The notes under the pieces were generated by a model. It searched no databases and was not told the DNA's origin. It worked only from the letters and a program-made list of their open reading frames with translations. Of a stretch of DNA of 64,000 nt, positions 17,792 to 29,272 are shown piece by piece; position 1 is the stretch's first letter, and each line of letters opens with the position of its first letter. The translations under genes and the position numbers were made by a program. The stretch covers positions 493,150 to 557,149 of the forward strand of contig NMRA01000061.1 of the NCBI GenBank assembly GCA_002633005.1, read 5' to 3'. The stretch is from Phoronis australis. Its lineage: Eukaryota > Animalia > Phoronida.

Positions 17792-17964
17792 GATAATGCG
17801 CAGGATTACAAACGACGGCACAAATAGGCAGAGCTATTATAATGCGTGTGATTACAAACGACAGCATAAATAGGCAGAGCGAAGATAATGCGCGTGATTG
17901 CAAACAACGTACAGCACCAAAGGCGGAGCGGAGATAACCTGTGATTACAAATGACAGCACAAAG
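17792..17964. repeat. Degenerate ~46-bp tandem repeat, about 4 copies
   Basis: Unit approximately gataatgcgcgtgattacaaacgacagcacaaataggcagagc. Confidence 0.8.
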
Positions 17965-18903
17965 TCACTTCCTGTTGAGAAATTAATGTTCAAGCTGATA
18001 CAAACCTCCCTTCTGCAAAAAAATTTTTGACGCGTGAAATTGATCTTAACTTAATATTGTTTTCATAAATAAGAAGTGATTTGGGCTTGGAAAAAACTAC
18101 GGTAAAAGTTTGCTACTGCTTGAGACTATACTTAACTACTTGACTTGTCACGTGCGAGCCAAGCGTGCTCTTAAGCAATAACAAATAGTCTCTTTCTGCA
18201 ACCATAGAAACTACCTTCAATCCGCGTAAGGAAGAACGGTTGAGACCGGCTTTATAGCAGAAAGTGGTCTCAATTAAAAAAATTCTTTGAGTCAACGCGT
18301 GTTTGTAGCAACTTCAAAATTGTATAGAAAATTAAAAACGGTCCTCGTGTACTAAACGAGACAGTGAGAGATCTTGGAATTGAAGACAACAAGACATCGA
18401 CAATTTGCTGATTTTGTAATGGCAAGATTCCACATAAATGAACTACATAACAGAACACATTATAGTGATCGTGGAAGTAAAAGTTAATAAAACTAAACAT
18501 TGTTCAACGATAACATTTTAGGCAAGCAATTAACCCTGTTCGCACTATCAGTTTAAAATAATAAAAAAAATAATCGAAGAAAAGGTGTCTTTTTGAGACC
18601 CATTCCAGAGAAAAGTACCCTCACTGACAAGGATTTGGAGTAAATGCTTGGAACTTCTTTAATTTACAGAACAATGGGCGACTCGATGCTCAATAGATGG
18701 CGCTAAAGACGGCGAGACTTTTTTTAACATCTCGTTAGATTGAAAGCAAACAGCATTGGATCAGCACGGGACAATCGCAGGATATGTTTTCCACGTTATT
18801 ACCTGAATACATGAATTTCTACAAGCAGGGTCTTTGTCGCACTACCGCCACCTAGTGAAATTCGAGGTCCTGATTTCGACATTTGGCTTGAAGGCCAGCA
18901 CAG

Positions 18904-20670
18904 TTACTCCACGTTTTGACTAGTAACAGACCTGTTGGTTGACATGCCAGAACCAACGGAATAATTTTGGTCAGTTTTACAAGCTATAGATTCCTTGTCA
19001 CAAGAATTCTGCTTATCTTCGTGCACTTTCTTCAATTCATTTTTATTATTATTATTGTTGTTGTCTGAGCTTATTGGTTTTTTACCGACCGGGTATTTCT
19101 TCATAAACTTGGCAACATGGTTCGCCATTTCTACTGGAGTGAGATATTTCGATACGTCAGGCGGAAGAACAACAGATGGCGTGTTTTCACCAACTTCCGG
19201 CACGTGCGCTGCAATACGTTTCTCGGAGAGCCCGAACGTGTTCATTAGTGTTGCTACCGGATGAAGGTCTTTGGAAACTTTTTTGAAGTCTGACCGATTC
19301 TGACCAAGCGCCCTCTTTTTCTGCTTTGTTGACTGTTCAGTGGTTGGTAGGTGCCAGTCTATTCCCATTTCTGAAAAGCCTTGAAATTTTACCACACGAG
19401 ATCGCCTGTTCGGTGGTGCCACGTTTGGTAGGTTTGGAGGGGCACTTAAAGTGTGACGTTCAGCATTAGAGTATGTTCCAAACGCAGACGTTTTCCGTGA
19501 TGTATTTGAAAGTGTTCTGGTCGCTTTTCTGTGCATCACATTCGACGTAATCGATGACGCATCGTCTGTCATCATTTCGATCTCTTCTGGTTTTCTCTTT
19601 GACTTCTTTCTACTGAGGATTTCGGTCACTTCGTTTAGAAATGCACCGGGGGACTGACACATTCTCACCATTCTAATAGAGTACTCCAAGTTCGAAATTT
19701 CCTCCTGTTTCTCGTTCTGTACCGGGCTAAAAGCTGTAATTTCGTGAACTACGTTGTCGACATCGTCCTCCTCGCGATCTACCGGAGCAGACTGTGCGCC
19801 AGTTTGGTTCAATTTCGGAAGAACTATAATTGGTTCCGTTCTTGCTCGTATCTGCGCTTGTATGCGCTCGTTGGAAATTTTATTCAGCTCTGTTCTGCGT
19901 CGCAAAACTTGCTGACGGCGTCGAATTTGGTTTTCTTGCGATTTTAGGAAACTTTTCTGCCTTTGCATTTCTGCATTGAATTGTTTGTCTAGTACTGCTA
20001 GCTGCACCATGTCTTTCATGCTATCACGCTTAATTCTGTGCACAGCGTCCTTGTTATCTCGAAGATCGAACGGAATTGTTTTACGAAGCCTAGCTTGCAA
20101 GCTATTCGCCAGCAAGTTTGAGTTCATCCTTGGCACCGTATAATCTGTCAGGAAGACGTCTGTTCGGATTTTGTCTTTAGAATGCGGTTGATGCGCGTCG
20201 TGTTCAACCTTATACCTGAGCTTCATTGAAGTGGCGCTTTTGGAAGAGCATTTGCTTTTTGTCAAGTCTCGTTCCTGAGCAGTGCCATCCAGTACAAGAT
20301 GGGTGGGTTTTGGAGAGTTACCACTCAAAACTGTGTTTGACCGCGGGCTGGTTTGACTCGTGCAACCCCCCGTCGATCTACTTTCACTTTTGTCACCAAG
20401 CGATTGTTTAGCACTCTGCGGGTTACCTGGCGAGTTATTCGCATCGCCAGGCGGGCTTTTTGTCGTTGTGTCGATGGCGTTACCTCTTGCATCATCAATT
20501 GGAGTAAGACTCAGCTCTTGCTCGGGAATCTTTTCTGGGTTTAATATATCGTTCTGTGGTGACGATTGTACACTGGTTTCCAGAGGCTTGCCTACGGTGT
20601 GCGACTCCTCGCTTGAATCTGGCACAGCTTTTGTAACGTTTTCGCCGGCTGCCACTTCCATCTCAACCAT
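18904..20670 (-). CDS. Uncharacterised 588-aa protein, intronless CDS; S/P-rich disordered N-terminus, central coiled-coil block, RVxF-like motif
   Basis: 1767-nt uninterrupted ORF in AT-rich DNA. ATG preceded by a splice acceptor (tactttcag|, exon starting at 20709), implying an upstream non-coding exon. No transposase or reverse-transcriptase motifs seen. Confidence 0.8.
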   Translation of the reverse strand: MVEMEVAAGENVTKAVPDSSEESHTVGKPLETSVQSSPQNDILNPEKIPEQELSLTPIDDARGNAIDTTTKSPPGDANNSPGNPQSAKQSLGDKSESRSTGGCTSQTSPRSNTVLSGNSPKPTHLVLDGTAQERDLTKSKCSSKSATSMKLRYKVEHDAHQPHSKDKIRTDVFLTDYTVPRMNSNLLANSLQARLRKTIPFDLRDNKDAVHRIKRDSMKDMVQLAVLDKQFNAEMQRQKSFLKSQENQIRRRQQVLRRRTELNKISNERIQAQIRARTEPIIVLPKLNQTGAQSAPVDREEDDVDNVVHEITAFSPVQNEKQEEISNLEYSIRMVRMCQSPGAFLNEVTEILSRKKSKRKPEEIEMMTDDASSITSNVMHRKATRTLSNTSRKTSAFGTYSNAERHTLSAPPNLPNVAPPNRRSRVVKFQGFSEMGIDWHLPTTEQSTKQKKRALGQNRSDFKKVSKDLHPVATLMNTFGLSEKRIAAHVPEVGENTPSVVLPPDVSKYLTPVEMANHVAKFMKKYPVGKKPISSDNNNNNNKNELKKVHEDKQNSCDKESIACKTDQNYSVGSGMSTNRSVTSQNVE

Positions 20671-20898
20671 TCTCTTACTTTTTAGAGAGAGCGTCTCGAA
20701 TCTTTGGCTCTGAAAGTACAGTGGACTTCATTTATTCATATTTTCAGTTCATGTTGTATCTTTTAGAAATGCTTAGGGTGTATTTAGCCTGCCTCCACCC
20801 CTTCTATGGACACGGCGTAAACACTTGTCTGTCGGAATTGTTTTTGGACTCTTCCCCTTGCGACGTCTTAGATCTGCCAGCAATGCATTGCTGAACAT

Positions 20899-21063
20899 TA
20901 CATACATAAATACATACATACATACATACATACATACATACATACATACATACATACATACATACATACATACATACATACATACATACATACATACATA
21001 CATACATACATACCTACCTACCTACCTACCTACCTACCTACCTACCTACATACATACATAAAT
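20899..21063. repeat. (TACA)n/(TACC)n microsatellite
   Basis: Directly visible; about 190 nt into the intron upstream of the 588-aa ORF acceptor. Confidence 0.95.
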
Positions 21064-22469
21064 ACGTGTGTTTAGCCGAGATCATGGAATTTAAACTGGA
21101 TTTGTAATTTCTATTCTCTAAAGACCGATGCGGAACTTGTACATGAGTTTTTTTACGTGAAAACACGTCAACTAAACTGTAATTCCTGAAATTTTACGTG
21201 CCATGATTCCCTGTGATTCGCACTACCAACGAAATTCTTGAATTTTAGAGTCTGCTAAGAGCGAATACATGATGGTTGCTTCGTTATCTACCATCCAGTA
21301 TAGCCGTAACTGCTCGGACAATTCTAGGAGACAAACGACTTCCGTATTCAAATTTCCCTCGCATGTCGAAATAGAACATTTCAAAAAACGACGCAGTTGC
21401 GTCATAATTAATCGATACAGCTAAAGCTTGTTTCGACATCCGATATCATTGCAAAATAGTTCGTCATACCTATCTCAAATCATCATGCTTCTTTATCGAT
21501 CTTCAACAGGTCTTTTACATCAACTCTATCATCTCTGTAGTCTACTTTTGACCACTTCTGTGTGATGATTTATGACACTTGAGGGCAATGAAATCTTATC
21601 TCAGTGCTAAGTTCTGTGTATACATATTCCAGTTCAAATACCTGTTATCGCTGTCAATGTTTTATCAAGCAATTTGATACAACTTAATTAAAAAACCTCA
21701 CGTAAATCTGTTTATTCAAGGTATATTAATATGCTGTGTTCCTCAAAGCGTCTAACAAATAAAATTAGGTAGTTATTCAGCTTAAATCGATCGTTGATAA
21801 GGTAGCATCTTTTAACTCATCATGTGCGAATTCTAATTGATTAAACATAACGTTACACCGACTTAACAAATTGCACGCTAGACTCAATTTCAAAAAAGAA
21901 ATATCGACTTTTTGAGTCGGTTGCTTTGGAGTAATTAATTGTTAATTTATCTGACGGCGTTTTGTAAAACGAAATGATTAAGTTACACTCTTTGTGATAG
22001 TGGTTCGTTTGAGTGGAGCAAATTTTGTTGTATGTTATGGCGAATGGCATTTATTGTAAAGTTCATTGAAGCCAATGAAGGGGTGGCAATCGAACCCTGT
22101 CCTCATTCCGCAGGACACTTACTACGGAAGCAGAACCCTTATCACAGTATGCAACTCTTACCACTCTCTGCAAAACTGTTTCACGCGCCGCCACAAACTT
22201 TTACCACGCATGGCAGATCCTTACCACGGAACCTGAATTACAATCACACGTTGGCATTCTTACCACTCACCGCAAAAACTGCGGTTAGTAAATGCTCCTT
22301 GTGCATGGTATGAATACTTGCCACGCGCGGCAATAGTTTTGAAGCTAGTGTTAAGGTTTGCACTCCGCCGTAAGTGTTCTGCAGCCCTAGGTAAGCATTT
22401 ACCAATCTTGTATTTGTATTTTCATGAACTAAATGGAACCTTCCACTGAGGCCGGTTGTGCGACAGAGG

Positions 22470-22482
22470 GTTGCCTAGCAAA
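22470..22482. promoter_or_regulatory. RFX X-box-like site upstream of the 588-aa ORF
   Basis: GTTGCCTAGCAAA is 12/13 identical to the RFX motif GTTGCCTAGCAAC. Confidence 0.35.
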
Positions 22483-25400
22483 AGTCTGGTGCAATGACGG
22501 AGAAAAGAAGCCCATGGGTCTTTTCTCTCATCCCACTTTAATTTCATAGTAAAGAAGCTGTTGTTGTATGAGATATTAAATTTCGTAATGTGTGTTTGAG
22601 TATTAAACTTGGTCTTTTTGAAAAACGCATCGAATTACCAATATTGAGTGCGCTTGTATTTACTTTAGACATCTCTTTGCGTTGACATGGCTTTGGCCGG
22701 AGGCAAGACTAAATTGAAAACTTGTCTACCTGTATTACAATTCAGAATGAAGAGAGAAAAGTTTACTGGGGACAATTTGATTTAATTAGAAAAATGAAAA
22801 ACACAACCGCATTCTAGTAAAATTTTCTGCTTACGCCCTCTGCAGCAGATTCTCTATTTTTACCAGTTCAGAACTTATAGAAGAATTTCTCTCCAACCGA
22901 AAGATATGACTTGATATGACATGGATATGTTTGTGTTTACTATCATTTCCTCTAGTTTGTTAGACTTACAAGATTCCAGGACTGTACGTGGACTTGTGTT
23001 TGAGTTATGATGGACATACATGTAGTTACACGGAGCCAATCATGGGCTTGGTAGTAAGGCCATACGTCAAACACTCGGCAGGTGGGCCATTGAGTTAGGT
23101 TTGTTTGAATTCTGTCATGTCAGAGTTCCTCCTGTGTGCTCCCATGATAACAAATTATAGACTCGAGTAGCATTAACATTGTGTACTACTTAATGAGCTT
23201 GGGACTAAATAAAGCCATGGTTTCTCCGCTAATTACCCTCATAGCAAGACAGAAATAATGAGTACCTTTTCGCCGAGGATACAAATCAATAGGTCCGCAA
23301 AGTTAGTAGCCTCTCTACGACGTGAGATGCGAAAATGTGAGCACTGTCCTGTTTGTAGATGTTTTATTCTCAATCGATTGTGTTGTTGGGTGTGAGTTAA
23401 CATTGACGCGAATGTGAGTCAACTGTACAGTTTGCTTAAAACACACTGGCCATCTGTATTGTGTTTACAACAATTAACTGTGTTAACCTTGTTAGGGACA
23501 ACAGTGCAGGCGAAGGACGTGCCTATACTTGTTGTGATAGGTTTAAATACACAACTAAGTAATGTACGAGAGAAAAGAATGACTATTTTGGCATAGGTTT
23601 CAACCAGTGTCCACTCGAATCTGTAACCACCAAACTTTACGCGACATTACTCAAAATTGATTAATCGTGACAATACGTGGAATCTGAATTTGTTTATTCG
23701 ATGCGTGCAGTATAACTGGTCAATTTTCAACTATCATATCGAGTCAAATTTAGTGGTCACGCACAATGCTCTTACCAACTTTCATAACAAGTAAACCATG
23801 TTTTCTCATCAAGGTCACGTAGGACAGTAGAAAAATTCCGTATTTGGCTAAGTTCGGAACATCGTATCCCAGAGATTTGTAATCATTTTTTTTCCGAAAC
23901 TTTCAGACACTATGGTTAAAGAGCTGTTCTCTTAACGTCTATTAGGATTTGGTTTTAAAATCTCCGCTTTTGTTTAAGGGCTATCAAAAATTGAACAGAA
24001 ATGATTTTCGCCAAAAAAGCGGCAGAAACTGCATCAAACGAAAACGAAATGATAATTTACACAACCTTAACAGCGTTTATTGAGATTTCATTTTGAACAG
24101 TTACGTTATTAAATGAAATTTGACCGTGTTCTTGGTCCCGTTGTTTTCCCATCGAATCATTCTTTTTTGCTAAATTGTAGTAAAATACACGGTCACGTGA
24201 CCCAATTAATTGATTGATAAAAGTCGGGAATCAAATTCTACCGGCTATTTACTTTCTAAAGTGAATATTCGGAGGCGGATCCCGGATTTTGAGTTGGGGG
24301 GCAGGGCATTCGCACCCCCGAACTGCCAAATGGAATATGGGAGAATTTTAAGGGGGGCCACTGATGTATCTAATGACTTAAAATATGTAGTTCTGTGTAT
24401 ACTTAACTAAGTACTCACACTTGTCGATAAGATACTTCCAGATTTTTTATTTTAGAATTAGGTTTATTTTAGAATTAGGTTCTCCCACGTGTGGAATATT
24501 AGGGCATGTGTTTATCTTTAATTTCCCATATTCAACGTTGACTTGTTGGACACGTGACACGTTACACAATGATCGATCATTTTTTTACTATTTGTTTTAC
24601 TTGAATTGGTAAGAGTAGCATTTGTAACACAGACGACAAAACATTTAATGTAAGATGATCATCGTTCCCAACGTGTTGTAAAGTATTGATATCAAGAAAA
24701 TGAATGTCAGTCGTCACATTGATGCATTGTCAAATGGTTTTAAGAACCGCTGAGACACTGAAGATTATCTGTTAGTTACAAACCAACGTCTTCACCGTAT
24801 TTGTATACAGTGTCTATACTGGAGGCAGATTTTTTAATTAAAATCACCGTAAGCATCGTCTTGTAGTTGTTTTTTGTGTGGATACTATGGCGTGAAGTTG
24901 ACGTAGTAACTTTCTGATCAAGGAGCCAAGGGTCAGGCCCTGCATACATGTAGTTTACTTTCAAGTATAACATTTCTCGCACTGAAAGATGCCACATTAT
25001 CCGAGGTTTACAATTTACGATTGTTTGAAGAAAGGAAACCTGGAAATTGTCTCCTTTTGCATTATCAGTTAAAAAATGTGACACGGCTGGGTCTTTTTGT
25101 AATCAGACGCTAGTCGACATTTCGTATTCTCAAAGAAAGCTACGAACGAGTATATAAACAGTGTAGACAGGTAGAGTCTCGACTAGAAGTAGCTGAAATA
25201 TTGCCTCGGGATGTCACTAGATAATCTGGTCTTTGCAACTGAAAGCTAACGTCCAAATGTGAACACCCAACCCCTCCGAACTGAATGTACTGGGACACCA
25301 AAACGGAAGTGATATGATGTATCTGATTGCTCTGTAAACACCTATTGCACTCCTAACGTACTAACATAGGGTGTCTAGTTTACAACAAGTTCAGTTTGAT

Positions 25401-28400
25401 TTCGTTAGTTGCTCGTTCAAAGTTCGGGTTGAAGTCCTAACTCTTGCTATGAACTTCAATTCCGACCACAGTGTATCTCAGTTCTGAATGGAAACCTGGC
25501 CTCACCTGTTCTAAACTTGCGCGATCGGCTTCTGTTTTCGCCTTCCTGGCTTTCCACGTCCATGTTTGTAACGACACGAGACTTGTTCGATTAAGACATC
25601 AGTACATAATCAAGAACCTTTCACGTAACTTGTTAAGAAGCCTTTCAACGTATTCGACTCGATAGATTATCACCCATCGTACATACATAGCAACGTGGTA
25701 TACGAACTCAGATAAATTCTACAGGACTCAGCGACCAATCAAAGGTCTTATTAACCGCTATGTCCAATAGCCTTTGAAAGTTGATAAAGCGTGGCATAAC
25801 TGCGGCTTTTGTTGTTGTGTGAATTGTGCTTCTAAATGGAACTTAGCACAATACACATATGTGCCAATACATATATCTTGAATATATCTACGGCACACCA
25901 TACATAGACACGCTGTACGCGCTTTGTAAATAGTTGTTGGGAAACTTAAAATGTCGTTTAATAGTGGCACAGTGCTTAGCGGCTATGTAATCAACACGAT
26001 TTAATTACGCGTAAAATTTTAAGTATTCATAATCGAGTATCGATTGCGTAGTCCGGGCAGCTTTATTTGTTCAGGCTCGACAAAATACGAACGTTTTAAT
26101 TAATTTCCATCGATATAAAATCTGTCATATAATTAACAAAACTTTTTCTAATACATTTAATTGTCCTTTGTTGTTCATGCCTGTTTATGTAGCTTTGAAT
26201 TGTATAAGAAAGGAATAAACTGTTTACGATACTGACTGTTTCCGACCGTAAAACAAGTGCAGGGAAATATGTTTAGTAGACATTTAAGAATTGTTTGTAC
26301 GAGTTGTACATTGACATTTACCCGTGAAGAGAAAAGTACGGTTGTCAACGTTGCCGCCTCCGAATTGAGAATTCTCCTTTTTTATTATCCAATATCCTGT
26401 ACTGTAATCACGTTCTTAGTTCTTATTTGCCGTTTTTCACAAGTTTAGCTGATGCACATGAAATCTGATGCTCTGAGTAAAATCAGACGAAATGAAAAAT
26501 CGAGGCATGCAACAAGTGAAAATCAGCTAGAAGAGCTATTCAACATACTAATAAATTTGAGAACAGCTACGATTGCGCTACCTGGCGGTGTGTCGTCTAT
26601 TCGGATACAAGTACGAAAACGGGTTTAGGAATCAAGGTGGATTCAGTTAATTCATTTTTCAATAGACAAATTTTCAAAATCCAACTTCCAACATGCTGGA
26701 CAAATAACAAAGAATATGACTCGTTCAAAATTCGATTTGCAATACGAAAAACGAAAATTGAGAATCCGAATTTCACTCAAAGTCATTTTTACATTCACTT
26801 TTTCATGTTGTATGGTACCGTGATTCACTTCAGTTTCTGTTTTTACATATTAAATTCAGTCTTGTTTCAAAGCGGAAGCAAATTAGATTTTGAACAACAA
26901 TTGTTTTTATTTTGCAGGTTGGCAATTGGATTTTGACTCAACAAATTTTGGATTTCCAATTTGCTATTCGGGTTTCGAAAATCCAAATTAACAGAACACA
27001 CCGTGATGATAATTTATGTATAGAATGATGCTTTTCCGAACGATTTTTCATACTTTATAAAAAGAACTTGGTAAACACTTGTAAATAAACGAGAAAAAGT
27101 TATGAATATGGATATTCATTTATCACGGCTTTGCCTCAGGACTCGTGACGGCGGAGTTTCGCCCCTCCAACTTTAGACGCGTCAACAATTTTCCGTTACA
27201 GGCGCGGATCCAGGGGTCTGGCTCCTTTCGCTCGGTCACCTTTGTAGTGCTACAATGGAAGATTGTAAAGTGTCCCATGTGTGTCTATCCATTACTAAAC
27301 CCCTTCTCTGGTCTGATCCAGGAACCTCGCCGGTGTTATTCACCATAAGCTACGTTAGCCAGCACTAGTTCCCATGTGTCTACGATTGTTCATCCATGAA
27401 CAACCCTGCCCATGTGGCACAAACTGAGCCACAACACCACGTTCCTTACAATATCTCTTTTTATCGCTCCGGCTCGTCTGCTCACTCAGCTTGTCTGAAA
27501 CCTGATTTGCCAGGTTGTTATAGCCCCGTTGGCTGTTTGGTGTACCCACTTGGAACTTTATACGATATTTACCCATTTGGCAGTTTGTGCCCATTTTTTG
27601 TTTTTGCTCAACCCACTTAGTAGGCAATCGGCCAATACCCATTTGGTATTATGTACCCATTCAGTACTATGCTAACCTGTGCCACTTAGTATCCGATACT
27701 CAATTACACATTGGGTATCGCAAATGTGTTTAACCATCCGGTACCTTCTGTGAAATAATTATCTATAGACCCTGAAATCCCCAATACAACCTGAAATATA
27801 TATTGTTCTTGTGTTGTTTTATTTGTCCCCAATAAACTTCCCCATATACCGTAACCTATTTACTTGTTTGGCCTTGTAATAGTTTGAATTACTACCCTTT
27901 TGGTACGCCAGTCTTCTTACTCAACTTGCCTTTCTTGACTAGGAACAAATCAGTAGGTACCCATTTATCAGAGGTAATTAACAAGTAATAGGCAAGCAGT
28001 TGGCCAAATGTTTTCAATACACTGACACAAGAAACGCAACAGTAAGGGTTATTTGTCGATTTTATTCGTTTGCAATGACTTCTTATGCTGAGGTTCAGAA
28101 ATAATCCGCGGCAACGTTACTGCCTATGTGGCGCCATCTATTAGTATAAAAAACTCGCTTGCAGTTTACGTTCTTCCAAAAGGTGGCGTCTCTGCATTCT
28201 CATTTCACGCTCGCACACGCACACGCACACACTCTCTCACACACGTTCCTAGTAACTGCGCGGTGTACTGATATTTTTGTGTTTTCTCGATTTCCAATTT
28301 GGTGCAAAAGCATTTGCTCACAATAAAGCTTCCAAACATATATTTTCAATGCCTCGGTAAAAACGCTTTAATAGAGCCTAATCCTCGCTCCTGGATATTG

Positions 28401-29104
28401 ACCCATGCACAACAGAAAGCAGCAAGCACACTCGTGCCATCAAGACGTAAGAACAAAAAAGGAGCAGTGGTCTATCCCCACCGTCATTGGGATCCAGTGC
28501 ATGTTACTACCACATTTTTCGGCGTCGGTCACCATTTCAATTTCTTGGGCTACGTGAAAACTATCACTGTGCTAGCTCAGAACGACACGCACAGGTTGTA
28601 TGTCGGAAAAGGGAGCCAATCTTGTGGTTGTTTTGCTGAAAGACAAGCAGGAAATGAAACGGATGATTTTCTTTTTTTGTAGTTTTATTTTTTCAATTTA
28701 TCAAAATTTTGTCCATGTTAATTTATTCACAACTCAGTATTCATCTTTTGTAGCTTAATGCTGCATTTCGTTCCTATTCAGTGTAGCTGTCAATGCTGAA
28801 TATTACCGAAGTGCTTGGCTCATCCTATCTTGAATTATTACGGAATGAGACGGCAACTCCAGTCACGCACGTGCGCTCTTTTCGGTTCCACAATTTTACA
28901 GCTGGCCAATCCCAATAATAGTTCTGAAGCACTTTCTTTAGTCGCTATGATGGTTTCGACATTCCTTTTGGTAAAGGAATAAAATAGTATTCCACAACGC
29001 TAAGGTTGGAGTATTATGAGATCAATTTTATGAAAGTAAAAAAGTTTAATTCGGTTTCCGTTTTTAGCCAGCTAAACTGAACACAATTCTAAACAATACG
29101 CCAA

Positions 29105-29272
29105 AACGCATCCTCACTCAGGGCAGCGAGCATTGAACGCATTCTCAGGCCAGCGAGCATTGAACGCATCCTCAGGCCAGCGAGCATTGAACGCATCCTC
29201 AGGCCAGCGAGCATTGAACGCATCCTCAGGCCAGCGAGCATTGAACGCATCCTCAGGCCAGCGAGCATTGAA
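29105..29272. repeat. 27-bp minisatellite, about 6 near-identical copies
   Basis: Unit aacgcatcctcaggccagcgagcattg. Confidence 0.95.

Noticed and set aside
16861-21061. HT-repeat and MYVC/HTYI-repeat ORFs
   Set aside because: Translations of the (GT)n and (TACA)n microsatellites.
25467-25500. CACAGTG heptamers (also about 25968, 30690, 47655, 49159) as RAG/Transib signal sequences
   Set aside because: No ACAAAAACC-like nonamer at 12/23 spacing and no paired ends; expected by chance.
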